Shown: positions 1-8,739 of the stretch, piece by piece | Layout of the letters: every line of letters begins with the position of its first letter | Numbering within the stretch: position 1 is the stretch's first letter | Assembly: GCA_963834415.1 (NCBI GenBank) | Contig: CAWIBP010000005.1 | Location: 82,976 to 146,975, forward strand | Direction of reading: 5' to 3' | DNA from: an uncultured Actinomycetes bacterium | GTDB taxonomy: Bacteria > Actinomycetota > Thermoleophilia > Gaiellales > JALYLC01 | DNA length: 64,000 nt | Made by a program: the position numbers and the translations under genes | The notes under the pieces: model-generated | Told to the model about the DNA's origin: nothing | Seen by the model: only the letters and a program-made list of their open reading frames with translations | Database searches by the model: none

Positions 1-758
1 TCGATGTCGACGCCGGGTCGCTTCGGATCGTGATGGCCGACCATGAGCACTCCGCCGAGCGCGTAGGCGAGGTGCCGGTTGCGGATCACGAGATGGCGGC
101 AGACGCGGTAGCGCTGCTCGTCCGAGAGCCGCCGGAGACCCATGCGCAGCAGGTCGGTGCCGGGCCCTTGCAGGAGCGGGGCGGGCTTGTAGACCATCAC
201 GTACAGGGTGCCGCCCGGCTTGACGAGCCGGGCGACTCGCGCGAAGCCCTCGCGGGTGCTCCGCGTGTGGTGCAGGACGCCCCATGACATCACGAAGTCG
301 AATGCGTGCGGCGGAAAGGGCGCCCGGTAGAGGTCGGCCTGGCAGATGCGCGCGTCGGCGTCGCCGCCGAGCTCGGCTGCCAGGGCTTCCGGCCCCGCAG
401 CCGTGAGGTCGATCGCGTGCACACGCGCGCCGAGCTTGGACAGGGCGAAGCTCCAGCGCCCGGAGCCGCAGCCCGCGTCGAGCACGTCCAGGCCCGCGAA
501 CCACTCGCGCGGCAGCTCGCAGTCGGCGAGGAACTCGTCGACCAGCTCGGGACGGAACTGCACGAAGTGCGAGCGCTCGTGGCGTGCGTGCTCGTAGTCG
601 AAGACGCGCTGCACCTGGCGCACGTCCGGATCGAGATCGGGCACGAACCGCGCCACGCCGTCGACGATCGGAAACGCCGGCGATCCGGCCGGGGCGACCC
701 AGCGCTCGCCGTCCCGGTGCAGCTCGGCTCCGGTCGAGGGGTCGTGGAAGGGGATCAT
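1..758 (-). CDS. class I SAM-dependent methyltransferase (3' end cut by window edge)
   Basis: Own minus-strand translation from the ATG at 758: MIPFHDPSTGAELHRDGERW...VLDAGCGSGRWSFALSKLGARVHAIDL...FDFVMSWGVLHHT. It has the GxGxG SAM motif. It is absent from the ORF track because there is no stop inside the window. Paralog of 7832..8653. Confidence 0.8.
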   Translation of the reverse strand, partial: MIPFHDPSTGAELHRDGERWVAPAGSPAFPIVDGVARFVPDLDPDVRQVQRVFDYEHARHERSHFVQFRPELVDEFLADCELPREWFAGLDVLDAGCGSGRWSFALSKLGARVHAIDLTAAGPEALAAELGGDADARICQADLYRAPFPPHAFDFVMSWGVLHHTRSTREGFARVARLVKPGGTLYVMVYKPAPLLQGPGTDLLRMGLRRLSDEQRYRVCRHLVIRNRHLAYALGGVLMVGHHDPKRPGVDI

Positions 759-811
759 CGGGCACGCATGGTAGCCGCCGGTGCGCACGGGGCTCCTGCG
801 CGGCTGCCCGC

Positions 812-1990
812 TCAGCGCTCCCAGAGAGCGCGGTGGACGCGGTCGAGCGAGGCCCCGACCGCCGTCAGCGAGTGGTGGCGCTCGACGTAGCCGGGGCCGA
901 GCGCGCCGAGCTCGCGGCGCCGCTCGGGGTCGAGCGCGAGCGCGCGCAGCTCGGCCGGCAGCGTGTCGGGGTCGGCGCTCACGATCGGACACTCGTCCCA
1001 CTCCGGGTGGAACGGCCGGAAGCGGTCGTTGAGGAAGCACATGACGGGCTTGCCGAGCGCCATCGCCTCGATCGCGAAGAGCGCGTAGGCGCCCAGCAGG
1101 AACTGGTCGGCGACGATGTCGGCGCGCTCGAAGACCTTCCGGGCCTCGTCGTTGGCGAGGCCCTCGACGACGACGAGCTCGATCGCCACGCCCTCGGCCT
1201 GGAGCTCGGCGATCGCGGCCTCGAGGAAGCGCGTGCCCTTGTAATGCCGGTGGTTCGGCGCGTGCACCACGGTGACGACGCCGTCGTCCACCTCGGGCAC
1301 GGGCTGCCAGCTCGTGCTGTCGAACGGGTAGAGCAGTACGCCGTCGAGGCGCGGCAGATCCTCGACGAGGTCGGCGCAGCCGAGCACGACGTCGGCCCAG
1401 CGGCCGAACAGCGCGAGCCGGCGGCGCACGTCGGCCTCCTCGCGATCCTCGGTCCCGGGCGGGATGTCGCTGTAGGCGTGCCAGGGCCCGCGAGCGCGCG
1501 TCGCCGAGACGACGCGCGCGTCGCCGCCGTAGGGATAGACGACGACGCCCTTGCCGGCCAGCCGCAGCAGCGGCAGCTCGATCGCGAGCCCGGGGCCGCC
1601 GAGCAGGCCGCCGTCGAAGAAGAAGCCGAAGTGGTCGTAGCGCAGCCCCGCCCACAGGAACGCGCCGTAGGGGACGAGCCAGCCGATCAGCGGCCGCGAG
1701 CGAGCGCGGTCCAGCGCGATGTCGAAGTCGCCGCGCTGATTGATCCGGTAGACGGTGTAGACGAGGCTGTCGGAGCGGTAGCCGTAGAGCCGCTCGGCCC
1801 GCGTCGCATAGCGGTTGTTGAGAATCGCGCCGGGTCCCCAGAGGACGTCCGGCAGCTGCCCGGCGCGCCGCCTGCGGAAGCGCCGGACGCGCGCGACGGG
1901 GACGACCGCGAGCGCGTAGAGAGTCGCCGTGACCGCCCCTGCGGCAGCGTTCGCGGTGAGCCACCCGAGTGTGTGGAGCCGCTTGGCCAT
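812..1990 (-). CDS. glycosyltransferase (GT1/GT4-like)
   Basis: C-terminal 392 aa of track ORF 812..2572, starting at MAKRLHTLG (ATG 1990). The upstream Arg/Pro-rich part is GC artefact. Motifs VVHAPNHRHYKGTRF and FAIEAMALGKPV are typical of the GT-B fold. Paralog of 2020..3237. Confidence 0.8.
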   Translation of the reverse strand: MAKRLHTLGWLTANAAAGAVTATLYALAVVPVARVRRFRRRRAGQLPDVLWGPGAILNNRYATRAERLYGYRSDSLVYTVYRINQRGDFDIALDRARSRPLIGWLVPYGAFLWAGLRYDHFGFFFDGGLLGGPGLAIELPLLRLAGKGVVVYPYGGDARVVSATRARGPWHAYSDIPPGTEDREEADVRRRLALFGRWADVVLGCADLVEDLPRLDGVLLYPFDSTSWQPVPEVDDGVVTVVHAPNHRHYKGTRFLEAAIAELQAEGVAIELVVVEGLANDEARKVFERADIVADQFLLGAYALFAIEAMALGKPVMCFLNDRFRPFHPEWDECPIVSADPDTLPAELRALALDPERRRELGALGPGYVERHHSLTAVGASLDRVHRALWER

Positions 1991-2003
1991 CTGGCGGAGC
2001 GTG

Positions 2004-2013
2004 ACGCTAGCAT
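2004..2013. promoter_or_regulatory. face-to-face overlapping -10 boxes (ACGCTAGCAT) serving divergent GT genes
   Basis: TAGCAT (2008-2013) lies 6 nt before ATG 2020. On the other strand TAGCGT (2009-2004) lies 13 nt before ATG 1990. The whole intergenic region is 29 bp. Confidence 0.4.
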
Positions 2014-2019
2014 GGCCCC

Positions 2020-3237
2020 ATGCGGCCCAGTGCAAGTGCGCGGCCGCTACGCGTCCTCCACGTCCCGGGTGCCGTCGGCGGCCATCCGCAGGGGCTGGCG
2101 CGCGCCGAGCGCGAGCTCGGCATCGAGAGCCACTCGCTCGTCTACGAGGCCTCGCCGTTCGGCTACGAGGCCGACGAGGTCGTGCTCGGCGTGACTGCCA
2201 CGGCGGCCGAGCGCGCGCGCCTCGAGGCCTTCCGCTTCCGGCTGCTCGCGCGCGTGCTCTCGGGCGCCTACGACGTCGTCCACTACAACTTCGGCCAGTC
2301 GCTCTTCCCGCGCCCGATCGTCCCGGGCTCGCCGGCCGTGGCGGCCTTCCCCGGCCCCCTCCAGCAGCTCTACCGCGGCTGGTCGTCGCTGCTCGGCATG
2401 CGCGATCTCGCGCTCGTGCGCCGGCGCGGCATCGCGCAGTTCGTGACGTTCCAGGGCGACGACGTGCGCCAGGCCGACGTCTGCCGGGCCCGTGACGAGT
2501 GGTCGCCGGCGCGCGAGCTCGAGCCCGACGACGTGGAGCGCGGCATGGATCGCGCGCGGCGCACCGTGGCACGGCGCTTCGACCGCTCGAGCGACGGCGT
2601 CTACTACCTCAATCCCGATCTCGCGCGCGTGCTCCCGCCGCGTGCGCGCTTCATGGCCTACGCGCACGTCGACCCGCGTGCGTGGGTGCCCGTGCCGCAC
2701 CCGCCGAATCCGCGCCCGCTCGTCGTGCACGCGCCCACGGCGCGCGCCATCAAGGGCACCCATCACGTGCTCGCGGCGCTCGACGCGCTGCGCGCCGAGG
2801 GCGTCGAGTTCGACCTCGAGCTGGTCGAGGGGCGCACGCAGGAGCAGGCGCGCCTCGTCTACGCGCGCGCCGACCTCGTGATCGACCAGCTGATGCTCGG
2901 CTGGTACGGCGGCCTGGCCGTCGAGTGCATGGCGCTCGGCGTCCCCGTGCTCGCGCACGTGCGCGAGGAGGACCTGGCGCGCGTGCCGCCCGGCTTCGCG
3001 CGCGAGCTCCCGATCATCGCCGCGACGCCCGGCTCGATCCGCGACGTCCTGCGCTCCTGGCTCGTCGAGCGACGGGCGGAGCTGCCCGAGGCGGGCCGGC
3101 GCGGACGCGCCTTCGTCGAGCGCTGGCACGACCCGCTGCGGATCGCCGCAGAGGTCGTCGAGGACTACCGCGCAGTGGTGGAGACCCGCTCCGGTAGGGG
3201 CTTTGCTAGCGTGGTCGGTGGCGCGCGGCGGGGCTGA
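2020..3237 (+). CDS. glycosyltransferase (GT1/GT4-like)
   Basis: Track ORF of 405 aa with VVHAPTARAIKGTHH...GGLAVECMALGVPVLA. The last ~18 codons read into the conserved leader element, so the true C-terminus may be fortuitous. Confidence 0.8.
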   Translation: MRPSASARPLRVLHVPGAVGGHPQGLARAERELGIESHSLVYEASPFGYEADEVVLGVTATAAERARLEAFRFRLLARVLSGAYDVVHYNFGQSLFPRPIVPGSPAVAAFPGPLQQLYRGWSSLLGMRDLALVRRRGIAQFVTFQGDDVRQADVCRARDEWSPARELEPDDVERGMDRARRTVARRFDRSSDGVYYLNPDLARVLPPRARFMAYAHVDPRAWVPVPHPPNPRPLVVHAPTARAIKGTHHVLAALDALRAEGVEFDLELVEGRTQEQARLVYARADLVIDQLMLGWYGGLAVECMALGVPVLAHVREEDLARVPPGFARELPIIAATPGSIRDVLRSWLVERRAELPEAGRRGRAFVERWHDPLRIAAEVVEDYRAVVETRSGRGFASVVGGARRG

Positions 3238-3319
3238 CGGCGTGGGTCGCGCCCGCGCGTCCGTCCACGTTCCCGCCAGGAAGCGCCCGCATGCAGATCC
3301 AAGGTAAGAGGTTCCTCGT
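3184..3319 (+). promoter_or_regulatory. conserved junction/leader element, copy A (extended -10 TGcTAGCGT, ~72-nt leader, AGGAAG SD, start codon of epimerase)
   Basis: Hand alignment to 24917..25049 gives about 20 differences in ~137 columns. Invariant cores are GGCGGGGCTGACGGCGTG, GTCGCGCCCGCG and TCCCGCCAGGAAGCGC. Confidence 0.55.
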
Positions 3320-4217
3320 CACCGGCGGCGCCGGCTTCGTCGGCTCGCACATCGTCGACCGCCTGCTCGCGGCCGGGGCCGGTGAGGTCGTGGTGCTCGA
3401 CCTCACGCCGCGCGAGACGCATCTCGGCGACGCGCTCGCCACCGGCAAGGTGCGCCTCGAGGCCGGCGACGTGGGCGATCGCAAGCGCCTGGCCGAGGTC
3501 TTCGAGGGCGTCGACGGCCTCTTCCACGCCGCCGTGCTGCCACTCAACAACTGCACCGAGGATCCGCGCACGTGCCTCGAGGTCAACGTCGACGGCACGT
3601 TCAACGTGTATGACGCAGCGCGCGAGGCGGGCGTGGAGAAGATCGTCTTCTCGTCGGCCTCGAGCGTCTATGGCGACACGAACTCGACGATGGACGAGTC
3701 GCATCCGCTGGGCGCCCGCAGCTGGTACGGCGCGAGCAAGATCTGCGGCGAGGCCTTCCTGCACGCGCTCGGCACCCAGACGGGCATCGAGTACGTGATC
3801 CTGCGCTACATGAACGTCTACGGCCCGCGCCAGGACGCCGGCCTCGTGCGCCTAGTGCTCAACCGCATCAACTCCGGGCAGCCCCCGATCATCACGGGCG
3901 ACGGCAGCGCCTCGTTCGACTTCGTGCACGTGGGCGACGTCGCGGAGGCCAACGTCCGCTCCATGGCCTCGGATCTGAATGCGATCGAGATCAACGTCGG
4001 CAGCGGCGGCGAGGCCTCGGTCAAGGAGATCGTCGGTCACCTGCTGCGGCTCACGGGCTCCGAGCTCGAGCCGGAGTACCGCCCCGCGCCGAACGCCGCC
4101 ATGTTCCGCCGCGTGGGCTCCAACGAGCGGCTCGTCGAGCTGCTCGGGTGGCAGCCCGAGCTCGATCTCGACGCCGGCCTCAAGTCGGTCATCGACCACG
4201 TGAAGGCGACCGCGTGA
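3291..4217 (+). CDS. NAD-dependent epimerase/dehydratase (extended SDR, UDP-sugar 4-epimerase-like)
   Basis: MQIQGKRFLVTGGAGFVGSH Rossmann motif and the YGASK catalytic motif. Intact 308-aa track ORF. Confidence 0.9.
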   Translation: MQIQGKRFLVTGGAGFVGSHIVDRLLAAGAGEVVVLDLTPRETHLGDALATGKVRLEAGDVGDRKRLAEVFEGVDGLFHAAVLPLNNCTEDPRTCLEVNVDGTFNVYDAAREAGVEKIVFSSASSVYGDTNSTMDESHPLGARSWYGASKICGEAFLHALGTQTGIEYVILRYMNVYGPRQDAGLVRLVLNRINSGQPPIITGDGSASFDFVHVGDVAEANVRSMASDLNAIEINVGSGGEASVKEIVGHLLRLTGSELEPEYRPAPNAAMFRRVGSNERLVELLGWQPELDLDAGLKSVIDHVKATA

Positions 4218-5083
4218 GGGTGCTCGTGACCGGCGCGTCGGGCTTCGTCGCGCCGCACCTGATCGCGGCGCTGACGGCCCGCGGCGACGAGGTCGTCGCC
4301 AGCGCACGCGACGCCGAGCGCATCCCGGGCGGGCCCGCGGTCGAGCCGCTTCCGCTCGACCTGGGCGCGCCGCTCGACGGCGTCGCGCTGCCCGAGGTCG
4401 ACGCGATCGTGCACCTCGCGCAGGCCAACGTGCCCTACCCCGAGCGCGCGCTCGAGCTGTACAACGTCAACACGCTCTCGACGCTCGGCCTGCTCGACGC
4501 CTGTGCGCGCACGGGTGCCCGCCACTTCGTGCACGCGTCCTCGGGCACGGTCTACGGCCTCGGCGACGAGCCCTTCCGCGAGAGCGATCCGGTGCGCCAC
4601 CACCAGCTCTACGCGACGACGAAGATCCACGCCGAGGATCTCGTCGCGCGCTACGCCGACCAGCTCGACGGCGCCGTCTCGCTGCGGCTCTTCGCGCCCT
4701 ACGGGCCCGGCCAGGTCAACCGCATGATCCCCGGCATCGTCGGGCGCGTGCGCAGCGGCACTCCGGTGTCGCTGAACGCGGGCGGCCGCCCGCGCATGAA
4801 CCCGATCTACATCGACGACGCGGTCGCCGCGATCATCCACGCGCTCGCGAGCGACGGGCACAGGATCGTCAACGTCGCCGGCGACGAGGTCGTCACGATC
4901 CGCCAGATCGCCGAGGCCGCCGGGCGCGCGGTGGGAGTCGAGCCCGTCTTCGAGGACGGCGGCGGCACGGCTGCCGGCGACGTGATCGGCGATACGACGG
5001 AGTTCCGGGCGTGGCTCGGCGACCGCCAGTTCACGATGCTCGACGACGGCGTGGCGCGCACGGCCGCGGCAGCGGAGGGCTAG
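4214..5083 (+). CDS. NAD-dependent epimerase/dehydratase family protein
   Basis: GTG at 4214 overlaps the upstream stop (GTGA). VRVLVTGASGFVAPHL, YATTK. In frame within track ORF 4148..5083. Confidence 0.85.
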   Translation: MRVLVTGASGFVAPHLIAALTARGDEVVASARDAERIPGGPAVEPLPLDLGAPLDGVALPEVDAIVHLAQANVPYPERALELYNVNTLSTLGLLDACARTGARHFVHASSGTVYGLGDEPFRESDPVRHHQLYATTKIHAEDLVARYADQLDGAVSLRLFAPYGPGQVNRMIPGIVGRVRSGTPVSLNAGGRPRMNPIYIDDAVAAIIHALASDGHRIVNVAGDEVVTIRQIAEAAGRAVGVEPVFEDGGGTAAGDVIGDTTEFRAWLGDRQFTMLDDGVARTAAAAEG

Positions 5084-5088
5084 GCCCC

Positions 5089-6927
5089 GTGTGCGGGATC
5101 GCCGCCGTGCTCGATCGCTCGGGGCGCTGGATCGAGCAGCCCGAGCTGCTGCGCATGACCGACGCCATGCGGCACCGCGGACCCGACGACGAAGGCTGGT
5201 ACGCCGGCCACGGCATCGGCCTCGGCAACCGGCGGCTCTCGATCATCGATCTCTCGTCGGCCGGGCATCAGCCCATGTCCAACGAGGACGGCACGATCTG
5301 GATCACCTTCAACGGGATGATCTACAACTACCGCGAGCTGCGGCGCGAGCTGCACGCCCTCGGCCACCGCTTCCGCTCCGCCAGCGACACCGAGGTGATC
5401 GTCCACGCCTACGAGGAGTGGGGCGAGGACTGCCTGCGGCGCTTCGACGGCATGTTCGCGTTCGCGATCTGGGACGCCAACGCGCGCAGCCTGCTCGCCG
5501 CGCGCGACCGCTTCGGCGTCAAGCCGGTCTACTGGGCCGAGCACGACGGGCGCTTCATCCTCGGCTCCGAGCTCAAGGTCGTGCTCGCGGCGGGCGTTCC
5601 GCGGCGCGCCGACGCGAACGCCGTGGTCGAGTACTTCACGTTCCAGAACGTCTTCAGCGACCGCACGCTGATGGCCGGCGTGCACGCGCTGCCGGCCGGC
5701 AGCCTGATCCGGGCCGATGCGGACGGCGTCGCGATCAGGCGCTGGTGGGACTACGAGTTCGATCCCGACGGCTCGCGCTCGCTCGAGCAGTGGGGCGGCG
5801 ATGTGCGCGAGGCGCTCGAGGCCGCGGTCGACCGGCAGCTGGTCTCGGACGTCCCGGTCGGCAGCTATCTCTCCGGCGGCCTCGACTCGGGCTCGCTGGT
5901 CGCGCTCGCATCGCAGAGGGTGCCGCGCCTGATGACGTTCACGGGCGGCTTCGACCTGAGCTCGGTCGAGGGTCTCGAGCTGGTCTTCGACGAGCGTGCC
6001 TCGGCCGAGTCGCTCTCGAGCCGCTTCCGCACCGAGCACTACGAGATGGTCATGCACGAGGGCGACATGGCCTACGCGCTGCCCGACCTGATCTGGCATC
6101 TCGAGGATCTGCGCGTCGGCATGTGCTACCAGAACTACTACATCGCCCGCCTGGCCTCGAAGTTCGTCAAGGTCAGCCTCTCCGGCGCCGGCGGCGACGA
6201 GCTCTTCGGCGGCTATCCGTGGCGCTACGAGCGCGTCGCCGACCTGCACCGCGCCGACGACTTCGACCGCACCTACTTCGACTACTGGTGCCGGCTCGTG
6301 CCGCCCGCCCAGCACGCCTCCTTCTTCACGGCCGCGACCCGCGCCGCCGCGGGCGTCGACACGTTCGACACCTTCCGCGACGTGCTCGCGCCCGTCCAGG
6401 GCCTCGATCCGTACTCCAAGGCGCTCTACTTCGAGCGCAAGACGTTCCTCGACGGGCTGCTCGTCGTCGAGGACCGCGTCTCGATGGCGCACTCGCTCGA
6501 GGCGCGCGTGCCGTTCCTCGACAACGGCCTTGCCGAGCTCGCGGGGCGCATCCCCTCGCAGCTCCTGTGCAGTGGCAGCGAGGGCAAGCCCGTGCTGAGG
6601 GCGGCAGCCGCGAAGCTCTTGCCCGACGAGATCGTGCGCGCCAAGAAGCAGGGCTTCAGCCCGCCCGACCAGTCCTGGTACCGCGGCCCGACGATGGACT
6701 ACATCCGCGCGATCCTGCTCGACGAGCGCAGCCTCTCGCGCGGGTGGTTCGAGCCCGATGCCGTGCGCCGGACGATCGCCGAGCACATCGAGGGCCGCAT
6801 CAACCACCGCCTGCTGCTCTGGTCGCTGCTCTCGTTCGAGTGGTGGAACCGGCTCTTCCTCGACGGCGAGATGCCGCCGCAGGTGACCGTGCGGCGCCCG
6901 TCGGTCGCCGAGCGCTCCGGCGGCTGA
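5089..6927 (+). CDS. asnB: asparagine synthase (glutamine-hydrolysing)-like amidotransferase
   Basis: GTG-Cys start (V)CGIAAVLDR is typical of an Ntn amidotransferase. Also has the RGPDDEG, SDTEV and SGGLDS PP-loop motifs. In frame within track ORF 5011..6927. Confidence 0.9.
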   Translation: MCGIAAVLDRSGRWIEQPELLRMTDAMRHRGPDDEGWYAGHGIGLGNRRLSIIDLSSAGHQPMSNEDGTIWITFNGMIYNYRELRRELHALGHRFRSASDTEVIVHAYEEWGEDCLRRFDGMFAFAIWDANARSLLAARDRFGVKPVYWAEHDGRFILGSELKVVLAAGVPRRADANAVVEYFTFQNVFSDRTLMAGVHALPAGSLIRADADGVAIRRWWDYEFDPDGSRSLEQWGGDVREALEAAVDRQLVSDVPVGSYLSGGLDSGSLVALASQRVPRLMTFTGGFDLSSVEGLELVFDERASAESLSSRFRTEHYEMVMHEGDMAYALPDLIWHLEDLRVGMCYQNYYIARLASKFVKVSLSGAGGDELFGGYPWRYERVADLHRADDFDRTYFDYWCRLVPPAQHASFFTAATRAAAGVDTFDTFRDVLAPVQGLDPYSKALYFERKTFLDGLLVVEDRVSMAHSLEARVPFLDNGLAELAGRIPSQLLCSGSEGKPVLRAAAAKLLPDEIVRAKKQGFSPPDQSWYRGPTMDYIRAILLDERSLSRGWFEPDAVRRTIAEHIEGRINHRLLLWSLLSFEWWNRLFLDGEMPPQVTVRRPSVAERSGG

Positions 6928-6936
6928 GGCGCCGTC

Positions 6937-7794
6937 TCAGCGCCGCGCGGCGTCCACCCACGCGACCAGCGGGCGCAGGCGGTACTTGACGCTCAGCAGC
7001 GGCCGGACGAGCGCCGGAGGCAGCCGCAGCGCGAGGCCGAGCTGCGCGCGGTAGAGGAAGCGCGCCCAGGCCTGCAGCGGATACTGGCGCCGGAACTCGC
7101 GCTCGCGGGCGAACAGACCGGGATGGTTCCTGCGCAACGTGCCGTAGTGCGCGCGGAAGCGCTGCTTGATCGCCGGGTTGATGCGGCCGCCGCCGTGGAT
7201 GCGGTAGTGGAACACGAGCCGGTCGACGAGCAGGCCCGCGGAGTCGTTCTCGGCCAGCGACATGAACAGGTCCCAGTCCTCGTAGCCGCTGCCGTCGGGG
7301 AAGCCGCCGACGGCGGTCACGGCCTCGCGGCGGAACAGGCAGGCCGCCTCCCAGAGGTTCGAGTAGAGCAGGATCCAGGGATTCCAGGGCGCCGCGCGGC
7401 GCACGAAGTCGACGTCGCCGAAGTGGTGGCTGTGGCCGTAGGCGAACGCGTGGCCGGGCGAGGCGTCGAGCGCGTCGGCCATGTCCGTCAGCGCACCGGC
7501 GTCGGCGAGGTCGTCGGCGGCGAGGACGAAGACGTACGGCGTGGTGGCCGCGTCGAAGCCGGCGCGCAGGGCCGACGCCACGCCGCCGTTGGCCTTGCGG
7601 ACGAGCCGGATGCGGCCCTCCTCGGCGAGGCGGTCGAGCAGCGCGACGGTGCGCCGGTCGCGCGAGCCGTCGTCGACGACGACGATCTCGACCGGCTCGT
7701 CCTCGCGGACCGAGTCGACGGTCTCGCCGACCGTCGCGCCGTCCTCGTAGCACGGCACAACGACGGTGATGCGTGCGACTGCCATCTGCTCCAT
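6937..7794 (-). CDS. glycosyltransferase family 2
   Basis: ITVVVPCYEDG...VVDDGS...LAADD motifs. Intact 285-aa track ORF. Confidence 0.9.
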   Translation of the reverse strand: MEQMAVARITVVVPCYEDGATVGETVDSVREDEPVEIVVVDDGSRDRRTVALLDRLAEEGRIRLVRKANGGVASALRAGFDAATTPYVFVLAADDLADAGALTDMADALDASPGHAFAYGHSHHFGDVDFVRRAAPWNPWILLYSNLWEAACLFRREAVTAVGGFPDGSGYEDWDLFMSLAENDSAGLLVDRLVFHYRIHGGGRINPAIKQRFRAHYGTLRRNHPGLFAREREFRRQYPLQAWARFLYRAQLGLALRLPPALVRPLLSVKYRLRPLVAWVDAARR

Positions 7795-7831
7795 GCTCTT
7801 CCGCGCGACCAGCCCGCCAACGTGCGAGCGG

Positions 7832-8653
7832 TCAGGCCGGTGCGTCGCCCTCGGGCTGCTCGAACCAGTACGGCGGCGAGGCTAGCACGCGCAGGTGCCC
7901 GTCGGCGCTCGATGCGCCGTGGTCTGCGCGCAGGAACACCTCGCCGTGCTCGATCGTCTGCACGACGCGCGTGAGCCCCGCGTCGCGCAGCAGTCCACTC
8001 GCCTCGTCCACCGTCGTGCGGCGGTTGAGCGGCGTGCTGAGCAGATCGAACGCCTCGTGTGCCCGGCGCTCGCCGTACATGCGCACGAGCAGGGCCTTGC
8101 GGGCGCGCAGCGGCATCACGTTCAGCACGGCGCGGCCGATGTTCAGCCGCCAGCTCGAGCTGCGCGTCGTCAGCGTCTCGCGCCCGTAGAGGTAGACGTA
8201 GAGCAACCCGTCATCGGCCACGAGCCGCTCGAGCACGCGAATGCCCCTGCCCGTGTCCTCGGTGTGATGCAGCACGCCCCACGACCACACGAGGTCGAAG
8301 CGCTCGCCGGCGAGCAGGCGGTCGGCCTGCAGCACGTCGCCCTCGATCACGCGCACCGTGCCCCCGAAGCGCGCGCGCACCTGGGCCAGCGCGTTGGCGC
8401 TCGCGTCCATCGCCGTCACCTCGCAGCCGAGCCGCACGAAGCCCTCGGTCCAGCGGCCGTTGCCGCAGCCGGCGTCGAGCACCCGGCGCCCGCGGAACCA
8501 CTCGGCGTCGATCGCGAGCTCCTGCTCGCTGATGATGCGCTCGACCTGGGCGCCGAAGCGTGGGTCGTCGGACAGCCAGGCCCCGGTCGGGAGCGAGCCC
8601 CACTGGTAGTCGAAGCTGCGCCGTGCGAGGCGGGCGCGCAGGCTGGCGAGCAT
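7832..8653 (-). CDS. class I SAM-dependent methyltransferase
   Basis: VLDAGCGNGRWTEGFVRLGCEVTAMD...FDLVWSWGVLHHT. Paralog of 1..758. Confidence 0.85.
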   Translation of the reverse strand: MLASLRARLARRSFDYQWGSLPTGAWLSDDPRFGAQVERIISEQELAIDAEWFRGRRVLDAGCGNGRWTEGFVRLGCEVTAMDASANALAQVRARFGGTVRVIEGDVLQADRLLAGERFDLVWSWGVLHHTEDTGRGIRVLERLVADDGLLYVYLYGRETLTTRSSSWRLNIGRAVLNVMPLRARKALLVRMYGERRAHEAFDLLSTPLNRRTTVDEASGLLRDAGLTRVVQTIEHGEVFLRADHGASSADGHLRVLASPPYWFEQPEGDAPA

Positions 8654-8739
8654 TCCCGGGACTCTAGCTGCGGCTGCGACCGCGCTCGTCGGCAGCTCCG
8701 CGCTGCCGCAGCGCCACAGGGCGTCGCCATACTACGTGT

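Noticed and set aside
584-2194. Very long ORFs antisense to, or out of frame with, real genes. Examples are 584..2194, 2047..3129, 5080..6807, 5091..6989, 13899..15083, 21776..22636, 26921..29239 and 42017..43573.
   Set aside because: Their translations are Arg/Ala/Pro/Gly-rich with no motifs. Each overlaps a frame that has clear family signatures. They are typical stop-poor off-frames of very GC-rich DNA.
3184-3240. Peptide-coding explanation for the 5' part of the repeated element. The GT tail ETRSGRGFASVVGGARRG would correspond to a GTGA-coupled mini-ORF VSSTRSRKGFGSVLGGAWRG at 24908-24970.
   Set aside because: Of about 7 codon differences only one is synonymous, so there is no sign of purifying selection on a peptide. 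Conservation continues unchanged past the shared TGA. Nucleotide-level (RNA/DNA) conservation explains it better.
3213-3290. Assignment of the repeated leader to a known riboswitch or RNA family (ZTP, SAM classes, c-di-GMP/c-di-AMP, glycine, JUMPstart, EAR).
   Set aside because: From memory, none of their conserved cores is present. I cannot run Rfam, so this stays open rather than excluded.
8690-8708. Inverted repeat CGGCAGC-TCCGC-GCTGCCG, nested within CTGCGGC...GCCGCAG, in the divergent promoter region between the methyltransferase and the two-domain GT.
   Set aside because: The stems are short and GC-rich, which is easily produced by chance at this composition. There is no second copy. 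It is noted only as a possible operator.
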